64,000 nt of DNA, taken from positions 62,001 through 126,000 of the forward strand of contig MU053431.1 of the NCBI GenBank assembly GCA_013239625.1, given 5' to 3'. Below are positions 35,640 to 49,272 of the stretch, in pieces. A program made the translations under genes and the position numbers. Within the stretch, counting starts at the first letter, position 1. Each line of letters begins with the position of its first letter. A model generated the notes under the pieces. That model saw only the letters and a list, made by a program, of their open reading frames with translations, searched no databases and was not told the origin of the DNA. The DNA comes from Lama guanicoe. Its lineage: Eukaryota.

Positions 35640-36050
35640 TTTGATAAAAATCTTAGAATGTTTTCGATTTACAGAGAATGCACGAAAGTACTACAAAGAG
35701 CTCTCATATTCCCCAAACCCAGTTTCCCCGATGAACGTCCTCCACCAGCATGCTACAGTTGTTACAATGAGTGAATCAGATTGACACATTCTCATTAATT
35801 GAAGTCCATACTTCATTCAGACCGCACTAGTGTTTGCTTAATGTCCTTTCCTGTTTCAGCATCCCATCCAGGACTCATGGTGTTTAACCCTCCTGCTTCC
35901 TTTGGCCCCTCTGGACTGTGACAGGCTCCCAGGCTGCCTGTGTTTTTGACGACCTCGGCGGTGAGGAGAGCTGGTTAGGGCTTCTGCAGGAACCCTCAGC
36001 TGGGATTTGTTTGAAGTCTTTCTCCTGATTTCACTGGGGCTGTGGGGAGA
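35640..36050 (-). mobile_element. L1MC-type 3' end
   Basis: 'tttcgatttacagagaatgc..aaagtactacaaagagctctcatattcccc' preceded by a T-rich tail. Confidence 0.65.
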
Positions 36051-38189
36051 CTTGCATTTTTGATCCCCTGTTTCTTTTCCCAGAGAGAACGTTTCAGGAG
36101 TATTTGCTCAACCAGCTTAGCGCTAATCAGGTCCCCTGATTATCTCGTGTGACCTCAGCACCTAACACCAGCCGGGCACTACTGTTAAACCCATTTTACA
36201 GTGAGGACCAGAAACTTAGCCGAGGCTGATAGCTAGGCCGATGTGCAGCTGGGATGGCGCTCACCTGAGTCAGAGAGAATCAGAGATGGGAGCCAAGTTC
36301 TCCTAGAGCACCTGCCATGATGGAAATTTTCTCCTAACAACCTAAAACTGCCCTCTGTTCCTGCTGGGTTCATGAGCTTGGGTTTTGAATTATGTCAACT
36401 TCTAAGGTTCATACAGGGGAGTTCACTCGAGGCCTAGAGCTTTGCTTGTGTTTTGAGCAACCTAGAACATGAAGGCCAGCCCAAGGGAGGAAGCCTTAGA
36501 CTCTTGTTGGAAAGATAGTGTGAATACAGCAGAGCTGGACCAGTGAGGAACTGGTGGTACCCAGCCCCAACTGTTAGAGGAATTGGAGGAAGAGCTGGAA
36601 TGACAGAGGGGTTAGGAATGTAAGTTGGTTCCGGTATGTGGGGTGAGCAGGAGGTGAGAGTGGAGAGGGTGAGGAGAGCAGCCTGTGGCCATTTCACTGA
36701 AGGGGCGGTGTGGATACCTGCCAGCCCCGTCTAGCATTAAGCTCCTGCCTGGGCACAAGGCCCACCTTTACACTTGGCTTTGTCCTGCTCTGGACCCTGT
36801 AAGGTCCGTTTTTCCTCTGCCAAATGCTTCTTTCGGGTTCTGACAAGAAGTAGGAGGCTGCAAAGCGGGAGGAAGGAGGGTCTTGCTCCTTTGTATTTGC
36901 TGTCTCTGCTCACACCACTGGGGCAGCAGCTGCTGGCTGCAGCCTCTGCTCCTTTCCACACATCAAAGCCAGCCTCTTGGCACCCTGCGGAGGTCTCAGC
37001 ACTGGCCTGGCAGCACCCCCTTCTCCATCCTCCCAGCTTCTGGATTCTGATGGCAGATAGGGAGCATTAGCTCAGTTTTGTGTTGTCCCCAATCCAGGCA
37101 TTTGTGGATCACCCTGTGGATTTTCTCCAGATCCTATACTGTAGGTCAGTTATTTATTTACTTAAATGTAACCATTTTAACTTAAATGTATTTATTTTAA
37201 AAGGATGTTTTGTATCATTGCCATCAGTAGACGCTGTCACTGCACCATCAGTGGGAAATCTTGCCATAATTTTTTTTAATGTATGATAATTAAACAAGAG
37301 TTTGTCCTTGTAACACCTAAAATCCCTCTTCAACCATCAGTGATGGGTAACAGGCTTCGGGGAAACCCTGGGGCATTCAGTCCAGTAGTATTTATTGTGT
37401 GCCTTTTGATGCAAATGCTTTTGTAATTGCTCTGAGGAGGTTTTACAAAGGTGACCTGGACCCAGAACAGCATTAAATCAGGCTTCCAAATCTTCCTCTC
37501 CCACCTCCTTGCCACCCACAGTGACCAGTAAAATACACAGGTCTGGAATCCTTTGAAATACACCTGGTGCCTGGCTTCTGTCCCTAATGAGTGTGGCTGG
37601 TGGGAAGAGCTGGGGGCCCCCAGTGAGAACCACAAGCCGAACTTGAATTACTCATATCACATATGAGCTGAAAACCCCCCAGAAGTTTAAAAGGACATTA
37701 TTTATTGTAATTTATGGAAATATGTTAGAGAATTTCCTAATGTAACTGAAAAGGTCTAAATTAAATTCAAAGGAGAATATTTAATGACACGTTAGAAGGT
37801 GCTATATTTGAGAGCTATTTGTTAAAGTGCTCCCAATTTTGACAAACATTTGTAGAAGTGATTTTATTCTTTTTCTTGAGGGAACAGAAATAATATATGG
37901 GTAAAAACTTTGAGTAATATTCACAAATGACACTGGAAAAATAAGAATTCAGTATCTGATGTATTTTCTCTTGCTTGAATAATAAATCAGGCATCCCTGC
38001 TTATGTACATAATTATTAGAACTCATTTTTATAAAACCAATAAAGACTGTGAAATCAGGAATTTTGTTAAACAGCTGGTAAAAGACTCTTACTAGTGCTG
38101 ACTCACCTGATAAGAATCTCAGGATAAATTCATCTAATTTCATAAAATTAAGGTAAATAGAGAAACTGATACACATGTAAAACACATAA

Positions 38190-38730
38190 ATGAACACTGT
38201 ATTACGTATTCATAATAGCATGCAATCGTAACCACTGTCAGTTTCCAGAATTTTTCACTATCACAAACAGAAGTTCTGGGCCCATTAAACAGTAACTTCC
38301 ATTCTCTCTCCCCGCCCCCCAGTGCCTGGCAACCACCATTCTACTTTCTGTCTCTGTTAATTTGACTACCATAGGAGCCTCAGATGAGAGGAACCATCCA
38401 ATTCCTGTCTTTTTGTGAAGGTCATATTTGAGAAGGTCATTTATTCCACTTAGTAAAAAGTCTTCAAGGTCCATCCATGTTGTAGCATGTATCAGAATCT
38501 CATTCTTTTTTAGGACTGAATAATATTCCAGTGCATGTATAGAACTGTATTTTGTTGATCTGTTCATCTATTGATGGGCCTTTATGTTGTCTCTACCTTT
38601 TGGCTGTTGTGAACAAGGCAGCTGTGGACATTGGTGTGCAGGTGTCTGAGCTCCTGCTTTCAGTTCCTTTGGGTGTTTACCTAGGAGTGGAACTGCTGGG
38701 TCACATGGCACTTCTGTGTTTACCTTTTAA
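38190..38730 (-). mobile_element. L1MB-type 3' end
   Basis: ORF 38238..38567(-) has L1 3' text 'EYYSVLKKNEILIHATTWMDLED'. Confidence 0.8.
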
Positions 38731-38839
38731 AGAATGCTTTTATCATATTTTTATGACCAGCAGATCAGTTGGAAATTGAATTTGCCTATCAGTTATGAGG
38801 AGACTCTTCTTTTAAATTTCACTAAATAACCAGAAGTGT

Positions 38840-39500
38840 TCCTTCATGCATTGTTCACTGATTTTCATGGAGTCCCTCCTAACAGCCAGCGGTGTTCTAG
38901 ACACAGGGCTGATATCCAAGAGCAAAATGCAGTCTTTGTGCTCATGAAACTTACAGTCTAACATGGGAGGCAGAAAGCAAGCAAGCAAGTAGATGAGGTC
39001 AGAGTAAGGGAGTTCCAGAGGGAAAACAGAACAGGAAGGGAGATGGAGAGTCGTTGGGACTTCCTGTTATCACTGTGTGTGTGTGTGTTGGCGGGGAGGT
39101 TGTTGGGGAGGGCTCTGCAGGGGAGACGTGAGCAGAAATCTAGGGGCAGAAGTGATGCTGAGTGAATGAAGCTGGGGGGAGAGGACTAGGAGCTGGAGGA
39201 GCAGCGAGCTGGAGACTTTGGGGAGATCACGGGAGGAGGTCTGAGGAACTTCGAGATGCGGGAGGAGGGCCAGTGTGGCTGCAGCCTCGTGAGGGGTGTG
39301 GGGGTGTAGGAGGCTGGAGAGGAGCAGGGGCCTGGTTCCCACGTGAGAACACTAGGTTTCATCTCATGAAGATGGGAAGCCATCGTAGGGTTTGGGGCTG
39401 GGACTAATAGAATCTGGCTCACATTCTGAGAAGGTGGGAAGTGGCCTTGAGAGGGTGAAGGGCGGAAACAGATTGATTTGCGATCTGTGTCAGTACCCAT
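38840..39500 (-). mobile_element. L2 fragment
   Basis: 'tttgtgctcatgaaacttacagtctaacatgggaggcaga' and 'gaggagggccagtgtggctgcagc'. Confidence 0.65.
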
Positions 39501-42500
39501 GATGGGCACTCTTCGAGGCCTAGACAGTGAAGGCAGGATGTGAATGCTGGACCTGGCTCTTTGATTTGGCATCAGGCTGCTCTCAAAGAAGTTATACTCT
39601 TTCAACATCTATATTAGAAGGCGCTCTTTCAATATCTATAGTAGTGGACCTTGCCTTTTCGGTTGCTTGCCAAGGTCATTGCCCAGGGTGCTCTGTGATT
39701 ACATACCCACGACCAGATACAAAGCAGACGGCCTCGCAGTCTTCTTAATCATCTGAGCAGCTGGCGTCTGCCCCGCACCCAAAGATGCTGAGGGTGGACG
39801 GCTCGGGCCTCGAGCCAGGAAAAGGAGCCTGTGGAATGAATGTTCTTCCTGTGAACTTCCCTGAGGCTGCTGAAGAACACTGAGCAGGAAAGAGGAGTTT
39901 AATAAGAAATCTGAAAGACTTCCATGCAGGACTCTGTAGGATGGTAACTCAACCCAACCCAACTTTAACATGAAGAAAACCTTGGGTTAGGGTAACAAAA
40001 AAGAACAACACTTAGGTTTTTAAATATTTTGTTTATTCAACAAGATTTTATAAACTTAGGATCCAGATGTCCTTCCCTATACTTTACTGCTGAAGAAGTG
40101 GAGGAGAAAAAGGGGGAAAGATTAATTGGTTGATTTTGAGTATGTTTCTTTTGACAGTTGAAGAGTTATTGCCAGATTTGATATAAAAAGGTGTCATGAC
40201 CTGACAGCCATCATTTGTACTTACTTAGAGTAACTTATCTCCCCGAATTCAGTAGGGCCGAGAAGCAGAGTTAAGCGAGAAATTCTGCGGAGTGGGCCAT
40301 ACACGCCCTTTCCCCCCACTGGGGGAATCTGCCTGGGGACTCTCAGCTTGGAAGGCAGGAATGACGACTTTGTACATTTTCTCGCCTTCCCTACATGGGG
40401 ATCGTTGTCTTTCTTACATGTCAGATCCTATCCCATGTCTTGTGGAAGGACCAAAAAGATAATAATAAAAGAAATACGAACAGAATTAGGTGGCAGCAAA
40501 GGGCCAGAAAATGTCGAAAGATGGAAAGCAAATAGAATCAGCCTTACAAGGAGACAAAATGAGAGCCCATACAGAGGGAGGGAGCTGAGAAGGTACAAAG
40601 GAGCAGGAGGTCCTGAGTTCTGAGTTCAAGATCCAAGACGCAGGGCTGCAGGGAGGGGAGGTTCACGGGGACTAACTGGGCGTCTTAATTCATTAATATG
40701 AATTAGCAAGGAGGCTCTTCCTCTCGTCCTGCTGTGCTAAGTGTGCTGGCTTTTCCTGAGGCCAGAGCAGTTGGTGGAGGCCCTAGGGTCACAAGGCCAG
40801 GGAATCAGAGGCCTTGGGAAGGCCAGGTAGTCCTGCACCCAGGAAGCAAGCCTGTTAGCCTGTACAGCAGGCCCTGCCCCTCCTCTGCACCACAGGAGCT
40901 GGGACATGGCGTGGGGCGGGTGTCCCAGAAAAATACGCAGATACTTCCACCTCAGCAAATGCTCGAGGAATGGTAGCACCAGGCACGTGTGGCTCCACAT
41001 GCAATGAGCAGGAGAACCAAAACTTTGAGAAACAGGGGTAACACAGTGAAGTAAAGGACAGGAACCTAAGGGCACACCGACAGGTTCAAGGAGGTCCAGA
41101 GTCCACACGTGTGGCCTCGGGAGTGCTGTTCCTGAAACAGGGTGATCCGTCCCTGGGCTGCAGAGCGGACTGGACACGGATACAGCTCATCCCGGGATGA
41201 GAGTGAGAGAAAAGTGAAGCGATGTGGAGAATGAGTCCACAAGTTAGAGATTCTGCAAGGAGAAGAAAGAGGGGCTTCAGAGAAGGAAATGAAGAAAAAG
41301 AAAGGAATTGTAGAAACTTCCCAGAGTTGCAGAAAGACGTATGTGGTCACAGTGAAAGGCCCCGCTGCACAGGGAGCAGGAGAGCGGGAATCCCAGGGTG
41401 GGCCTGGTACCCGGAGCTTCAGAAAGAAGGATGCTGTTTCTTGCTCAGGAGCACAGTTCAGCCTGGCAGTGATTTCTCATTGGCAGCGTCGGATGCCGGC
41501 ACGATCCCAGGGAACCTCGTTTGCACCTGGAACCCCCCTCCTTCTCAGCCAAAGTGGTATTCAAGGTGAGGGTGAAATGAAGATGGCTCAGATTGCAGGG
41601 ACTCCAGAAGTTTGCCTTCCAGAGGTGCTCACGATGAGCTGAGCACGTCCTCAGCCGCATGTACAGTGAAGCCCAAATCAGTACCCGTTTGCAAGGCAGT
41701 TCAAGTCCCGTGGAAGGTTGGAAAGTAAAACCCTCCCCCGTTCGCTCCTCCTGGGGCGGTCACTGTAGGGAATGTGTTCTTCAAGATGCGACACACATAT
41801 AAGCCAGTAGTTAAGCTTTAAGTGTTACACTCCGTATGAACGTATATCTTTGCAAAAGGCTGCATTCCACAGAATGTTGGCAAAATTGCTTTTTGCAAGT
41901 TGATGTTTTGCTGTGGAGAACTGCCCTCGCACAGTTCCCTTGTTTTTTGTCAAGTCTGCCACGAAGGGCCCTAATTTATTTAACCAGTCCCTATTAATAA
42001 GTGTTTAGATTGCTTTTATATTTCACTATGAAAAGAAAATTGCAGTGAATTGTGGACTTTTATCTCTGCATATGAGCTGATATTTATACAGGATAAACCC
42101 CTGGAATTGGAATAATTGCTAGATCAAAGGGAATAGGCAATTAAAAGTCTGATAGATCTCGCTAACTCTCCCTCCAACATCATTGGCACCGATTATTCTT
42201 TCGATGTGAGGGTCCTGCGTTGGCTTTATCCAGGGAGGTGGTGAAGGGTGTTGGCACTGCAGCCTCTGAAGCCTGAGTCCGGATGGGCCGACCCGGGCTG
42301 TGAAGTTTCTCCCACAGATGGCGCTGTTGCCTCGCTCTGTGTGTCTCCTGCCTTGGGGAAGCCTCGTAATTACAAAACAAAAAGAAATTAAGCTGCATGC
42401 AAGGCGGACTGCAGGATTTTTAATGTTTATGCCCAGACAGCCCAGACCTATGCTTTCCTCACCTTCCTGGCTGTAAAACTCAGATAACTTTGTGATCCAC

Positions 42501-42926
42501 TGTTCTTCAGAAGGAAAAAAGAAAAGATTATATTTGACCACCTTTTTTTGAAATCTTTATAATTTCACCCTTTGAAAATAAGTCTTTGAGAAGTTCCAAC
42601 ATTGTGTATCCACTTAGTGTATTTCAGGAGAGAAGAAATAATCTGAGTTTCAGCTTAGTATTTTTTTTTTAATTCTCTTCCTTCTAAAAGAAAGGAAGGG
42701 AGGTAGGGAGGGAGGAAATCCTCTTGCTCCAGAGGGAACAAATGGAGGGCTGTATGATAATCTTGCAGAATACAGTGTTCCAGGTGGCATTTGCCTCTGT
42801 GGTCCTGTGCACACTGGACCTTAACTTCCCGGAGATTCCGTGTTTCGGGAGGGGATGGGGTGTCCTGTGAGGAAGAGAGCCTCTGCCCTTAAGAACCTAC
42901 TCCTGGGCTTCTGGATGTGTGTCCGC

Positions 42927-43050
42927 CAGTTGCTGGGTAACGGACCCGGTGGTAATGACCAGAGTGCCTCTCCACTCAGGCAGGGATCAGGAAGTAAGTT
43001 AGGTGGGGGCTGAGCTGTGGGCGGTCAGGCTTCCTGGACTGGGCGTGGTC
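42927..43050 (+). promoter_or_regulatory. RFX X-box with flanking MYB cores, GC boxes and a splice donor
   Basis: GTTGCTGGGTAAC 42929-42941; CAGTTG 42927 and TAACGG 42938; AA|GTAAGT 42994; gggcgg/gggcgtgg downstream. Confidence 0.4.
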
Positions 43051-46000
43051 AGAACATGCTCAGGGTTGGGACGTGAGTGCAGGCAGCAGACACAAAGCAG
43101 AGGCGGTCAGTGTCAAGCACGGTGGACCATTTGTGCATCAGGCTACCCTCATCCTGCTTGAAACAAGCAGAGGCCTTGCTGAGGGTTCAGGATTCAGAGC
43201 GTGGACGAGCCCCAGCTTACTCTGCAGAGGATGAGAGAGAGGATAGGTGCTGAGGGATCAGCAGAGGATACTTCCTGTTAGAGACTTTATTTCATGCATC
43301 CTTTTAGAAATGAAATGCACTGCCAGGTCCTCTCAGCACAAAAAGGTTCAGGGATGCGGCGACCTTGATGAATCCCAGTCAAGACTGAATAATTTAGTAG
43401 TAATAAACCCAGCCAGGCTGTGCAGTCCCAAGCAGGCTGCCGTTCTCCTAGTGTCTCTACCTGGGTGATCCCAGCTCTTTCTTCTCTCTGAGGCTTCTCT
43501 TGTCTGTGAGAACCAGAAGTAGGGCTCTGTGTGCGTCAGCTGAGAGGCACAGTTGAAAGTTAACATGTTTCTTTGTGTAGATTGTTCCTTCCACCAAAAT
43601 AGAAAATTTGTTTATTTTTACTATAGCCTTAATGTACACATAAGAAAGCAAACTCTCTGGGTACCATGAAATGTGAGGCTTGATATTTCTGCATGTCTTA
43701 TACGAAAGGCAGAAGATCTGACAGATGTGAAGGGTAGGATGGGCGAGCTGGTGTTTGCAGCACTGCTGGTGGGTGGCTGAGACATGCTGAGCAGCCCCTG
43801 CACGTGTGCCGGGTGGGCCTATGTTCCAGACGTGTTTTCTGTACCAGGTAGCAGATGCAAAGGTGGAAACTTAAAGATGATCTTGGAGGCTTATGCTAAA
43901 ACGTGAGCTGCAGGGAACTGGGGCTGGGCATTGGGGGCTGTCCCTTCCGGAGGTCCCTGGGCCTGTGTCAGGGATGGAGGGCTTGAGGTCGTGCCCTACA
44001 TGGTGAGAGGTCAGGAGCAAAGCGATGTTGTGAGAGCCAAGAGTTCAAGGCAAAGGACTCCGTGAGTGTTGACTCTCAGCCAGAAGCAAACCCCAGGTTC
44101 TGGAGGCAGGAGGTCAGCAAAGCAGGAAGGAGTGGAATGAGGGTAATCCCAGGTAGCAGGATATTGGAGGCAGCCTGGCGACAAAGCCAGAAGAGCGGAT
44201 AGGTCAGGGTAGTGATGGCGCTGTCCCTCACTGTCTCCGGGGCCTTGCACCAGGGGCACGTCCCTTCGCGTCTCACATGGTTTCTCATTTACTCCTGGCA
44301 CCAACAGCCCATCTGCACTCAGAGCTGGGGAACTGGGCGCCTTGACAGCCTCTCACTGCCAGGCCGGAGTTGGAGCCCGGATGTCCCTATTCCAGAGCCT
44401 GCTGCTCCTGCACCCTGATTCTGCTCAGGGCCGAACGGCTAGGAGTTGCTGCATCTGGGTTCACTCCCAGGCCGACCAGACACCAGAACCCTTCTTCAGT
44501 CACTGTAAGTCCATCTCTTTCTACCTCCCAAGCGTGTCCTGGCCTCAGGCTCCATCTCTGCAGCGTCCATTCCCCTACAGCTCTTGTTGGGATGATCCGG
44601 CTCGTCCCTCTCTGTCTGTTCTCCCTCTCCCCCTACTCCCCCCGCTACCCCCTGCTCTAATCCATTCTCCCCACTGACCCCAGAGAGTTTCCAAAGCATG
44701 GATGGAAGCTGGCCACGCCTCTGCTGCAGCAGCAGCGGTGACTTCCACCTGTCCTGACACCACAGTGCAGCTTTGCCTCCTCTCCTCTTGTTCCAGTTCT
44801 TGTGGTGGAGGCTTCCTGGAGCCCTGCCTGGGGAAGGAGTCCCGGGCTGGGTCATAGCTCCCTGGGGCCTGGGCCACGATTGATTAGTCGTGCCTGCCAG
44901 CGGCCTGGGTGTGGTGAGTAGGAGCGAGTCTACCCAAAGCTCTGGCTCCTTGTGGTCACTTGAATAGACTGTGTTTTTGTGAGTTTTAAGTTTTGCAAAT
45001 GTTTCTTTCATTTCATAGGTTGCTTTTATTCTGTTTGGATCACCTTGCAAGCTCTTAATTGCCCTTCAAGACTTCTCTCAAAGTCATCCCTGTGAGGCTT
45101 TCACTGACCCAATGCAGCATCTTCCGATTGCTGTCATAACACTTTGCACGTCTCCCTCCCGGCCCTCCCTCCACTGTGTTACAAACATCTGTGTATGCTG
45201 TCCCCCACCCCTCCCTGCAGTTTACTGTGAGTCCCTGAGAGCAGAGAAGGTTTTAGAAATTGTGTATTCCAGTACCTGGCACATAATCAATATTCAAAAC
45301 TGAGTGTTGAGTTTTGGAAATCTACATCCTTTATATCTGCCTTTAAAATCAGCACAGGACAGCACGATTAAATGGAGTTCTTATTTAACAATATAAATGG
45401 AGTCTTTTACCTGGCTCAACTTTCGTGATAGAGTAGGGGAAAGAAATTAAAATGAAAAGATAGGAGGAATTTTGTTAAGGAAAAGAAATGAACTTTTAGG
45501 TAGATTCTGAAATTAGCTTTACTTCAGTTCACACATGGTCACCAGGCACCTACCAAGAGCGGACTCCGGGATGGGTTCTCCTGTAAGACTTTGTGTCTTG
45601 GACAGCGGGAACCCGTACCTTGCCTTGTCCTGGTCTTAGGGTTCCAGTGAGCTGGGGGTGCTATGGAAACAGGAATGGGCTGGACCCTAGATGACATGGG
45701 TTTGAGAGCAGATGCCCCATAAACAGGAGGAGGAAATCTGACCCCCCTCTTCAAGCATCAGCCTGCTTGCGTCCAGTGGGAGGGGAGCAGTACCATCCCG
45801 GCTCCTGCTGATTGAGTACCCTTGTCATGTTCTTTCTACGGGTCAGCCCACGTCATTGTCACAACAGCTCCACAAGGAAGGCATGAGTACCGTCCCCATC
45901 TTGAAGCTCAGTTGGTGGAGCTATTCTGTTTCCCCCCGAAAGGCATGCAGAATGACACTGTCTGTGTCATTCATTCACTCAGCAACTAGTTACCAGCCAG

Positions 46001-47714
46001 CTCTGTTTGCTGGGGGTCAGGGACACACGCCCCAGAGTCCTGTTGGGGAGGCGGCAGGAGGTGTTCAAATCTGTGCTCTCACACGCTTTCCGATGTTTGC
46101 TCCAGGGTTGACCACATTCTGCTTACCATATTCTTACTGGTCTGCACAGCTATCCTTCTCGTAGGAGAAGAAGGTCTTGGAAAACAAGGAGCATGCATGT
46201 TTCATCTGTTCCCGTGCCTGGCCTGGGGCAGGGCTGACCAAATGCACTTTCATACAGAATTAGATGACGAATTTAACTCTTACCACTGCAGCCATTATTG
46301 TAAAATGCATTTGGGAGAGGATAATATCTTCTTTAAGAATTAAATCGATATCACATGTATTTATTGAGCACCTGCTGTATGCCATAGAGGTATAGAGAGG
46401 TGAGTGGAGTGTCATTCCCACCCCTTGGAAGGTTGTCAGCTGGAAGGGAAAGTGAGCGCTTCTTTCTGGTCTGTTTGGAAGGATGGCTATTCCTGAGCTA
46501 TGGGATGAGTTTGCATCCCAGGCATCCATGCAAAAACCACTCCTGATTTTCTGCATAGTGTACAGATGGCCCGATTAGGGTCACAGGAGGGGAGGCTGCC
46601 TAGGGGCAGCAGGGGTGGGCGGGTGATGCAAGGGAGAGGGAGTGAAGCACCATACCCACTCTCCCCTCCCCTCCCCCATTCCAGTGTGTCCCCAGATGCA
46701 TTTGCTTATTAACTCTTTGGTAGATCTGGGAGAATGATGTGGGGGGAGGATCCCAGGTGGGACCCTGGTCTTGCTTTAAGTGCTCTGGATAATTGGCCAT
46801 TGTGCGGGACTGCTGTGGTGGGGGAGTTGTGCTGTGCTGGCCAAGGTGAAGGTGTGAGTCTGAGGTGACCCCTGCCTGTGTCAGGACTGCTGTGCCATGC
46901 TAGGGAGGGACTCACCCTCCCTGTGCTGCCATGTCTGCATCTGTACAAGGGATTTGGATCAGAATCCTGCCTTCTGCGCTGCTGAGAAGGTCCCACGGGT
47001 GAATCTGTGTCCAGTGCTTAGCACGGCCCCCAGCGTGTATCCGAACAGCTGTCCTTGCCACTGTATTCAGGTGTGTCTTGTGCCACTGGCAGTGCCAGGG
47101 GGTCCACCACCCCACACCTGGCTGATTCTCACGATTACTCGGGAAACTTTGACCAGGTGCAGAGTTTCTAAAATGCAGCCATGAAAATGACAGAATTCAG
47201 TCTCTATACGCTAACATGGAGTGATTTCGAGATCCGTAATTAGGTGACACAGCTAAGTCTGCCAGTGACTTCTACTCATGAAAATGCTAGAGAGGTATCC
47301 AGACATGTGCTTCATGCTCAGACTGTTCCTGGGAGGATCCGCGTGTGACTGCCAATAAACAGCCCACACAGAGGAAATAGGGGCTGGAGACTGGGATTGG
47401 AGGGGCAGCTTTAAACTTATTACAAAAGAGTTCCTCTGAATACAGATTCCTGGGCCCTGTTTCCAGAGTTCTGATCTCATAGTCTTTGAGTGAAATCTGG
47501 GAATGTGTATCTTACAATTTTCTGTAAATGAAGAATTTGATCGCTGGATTTTGGAACCCCCATTTTACAGACAAGGACCACCTGCTGGTGTTTTTGAATC
47601 CGCACTGCTCTTGCAGGGAGCAATCCACAGTTTTGTGTTTGTTGAACTGATTTGAATTGTGGAAAGGAAACTGAGGCTACTGCTTCAAGTTGACAAATTT
47701 AACATTCATTCCTA

Positions 47715-48103
47715 ACTCCCTTCTCCCTTTTCTGTCTCCACTTCAGAGGCTGAAAAGTAAAATACCCACTTTCTCAGCATCCTAAGCTTTTAGGAGTGGC
47801 CATATAAAAACACACATGTTCTGGGATGTTGCTGGGAAACTCAGGCTTTGGGAGAGAAAGGATTTATTCAGATGTTTTCCTTTCATTCTCCCTCTTGCCT
47901 TGGACATCTATATGATGTCTGGAGCTGTGGCAGCCATTTTGTACTCATGAAGTAAGGCCAGGGGAAATTGTGGAGACCTCAGCCCTGACATCATTAGATC
48001 TCTGAAATGATGTTAGCGGCTACCTTCTCAGACTTATTGTAATGTGGGTAAAATTAACCCCCTTTCATTAAAGTTGGTTGCGTTTTCTGTTATTTCCAGT
48101 GAC
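47715..48103 (+). mobile_element. MaLR LTR (MLT1H/I-like)
   Basis: 'tgatgtctggagctgtggcagccattttg' and 'ctcagccctgacatcatt'. Confidence 0.6.
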
Positions 48104-48471
48104 AGGGCCCTAGGGTAAGTAAGGGTAGTGAATTGTGGAAGCAGTAGACTTGAGTTCTGGCCCTTCCCTCTCTGATCCCTAGTTTAGCAACCTATAAAAT
48201 ATGGTGCTAGGACTTGATGACACCACGAATCCTTCATGACTTACGCTGTTTGTGAAATAATGCGGTGTATGTAATGTCTGTTCTTCATTTAAGAAGCGCC
48301 TTCTATGTCTGTTAGGTTCACTTGGTTGCAGGCAAGAGAAAGCTGCTGGGCCCTGTTAGGCAGTGAAGTAGTTTATTTGAAGAAAAGCAGGGACCACGCT
48401 AAGTAACAGGAGCTGCGGTTGGAGGTTGGGCTCAGAAAAGGACAGGAATCAGCACAGATCCCAATATCATG

Positions 48472-48672
48472 AGCAGAGGTTGGCCCGCGCTGGCCTGCGG
48501 GCCAGATCCTGTGTGCCACCTGTTTTATAAATAAAATATTATTGGAGCTGAACTTCATCCACTCGTGGAGCCTCGCCTGCAGCTGCCTCCACAAGGGCAG
48601 AGTTCTGACAGAGGCCGTGTGCCGTGCAAAGCTGGAGGTATTTACTGACTGACAGAAGTTTGCTGCCGCTGA
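48472..48672 (+). mobile_element. MER58A-like hAT element
   Basis: 'ggcctgcgggccagatcc...cctgttttataaataaaatattattgga...gcaaagctggaggtatttact'. Confidence 0.7.
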
Positions 48673-49145
48673 CCCAGGGGGCGGAGCCCACCCCACAGGC
48701 CTCAGCAGGAGGTGAGAGGACGAATGAATAGCAGACCGAGGCCCCTCTGCAGGAGGTTGTCCTGAGACTCCTTCGAAAACAGTGGCCTGTCAACTCCTAT
48801 CCCCTCCTGAAGCCTGCTGCTGCTGCTCCTTGGTTTTTTGTTTTTTTTCGGTCACGACACTTATCACTACCTGATGACAAATGGCCTGTCATTTTGTTTG
48901 TTTCTGTGTCACCTGCCTCCCACGTGGGCAGGAGTCCGTCTGTCTGTTTCCCTGTGCACCCTCAGCACTGAGTCTGTCCACACAGAGCAGGGCTCAGTGA
49001 ATATTCCTTGAACAAGTAACTAAGCTTGAGCTGATCTTTAGATATGCTGTCCCATTTCCAGTGTCTGGGAGACAGTCTGTCTGGTCCAACATGAGTCACA
49101 TGTTCCCCCCGTCACATGGGAGTTGATGGGCACTTTGCTTTACAG

Positions 49146-49272
49146 AGAGGAACACAGCAGGAGGGAGGCAAGCCCCCAGAAGAAATTAAGTTGCAGCTTC
49201 AAAGGGTGGATGCAGATGGAGTGTCTACAAAAGACAAAGATCAACTCCAGAGAAAGGAGATCTTTCGAAACT
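49146..49272 (+). other. Candidate coding exon (RGTQQEGGKPPEEIKLQLQRVDADGVSTKDKDQLQRKEIFRN)
   Basis: Acceptor 'cactttgctttacag'; donor CT|GTGTGT; purine-rich open frame. Confidence 0.35.

Noticed and set aside
37080..38180. AT-rich stretch as a second viral fossil
   Set aside because: No viral motifs found; more like decayed hAT-type DNA transposon, which I could not classify.
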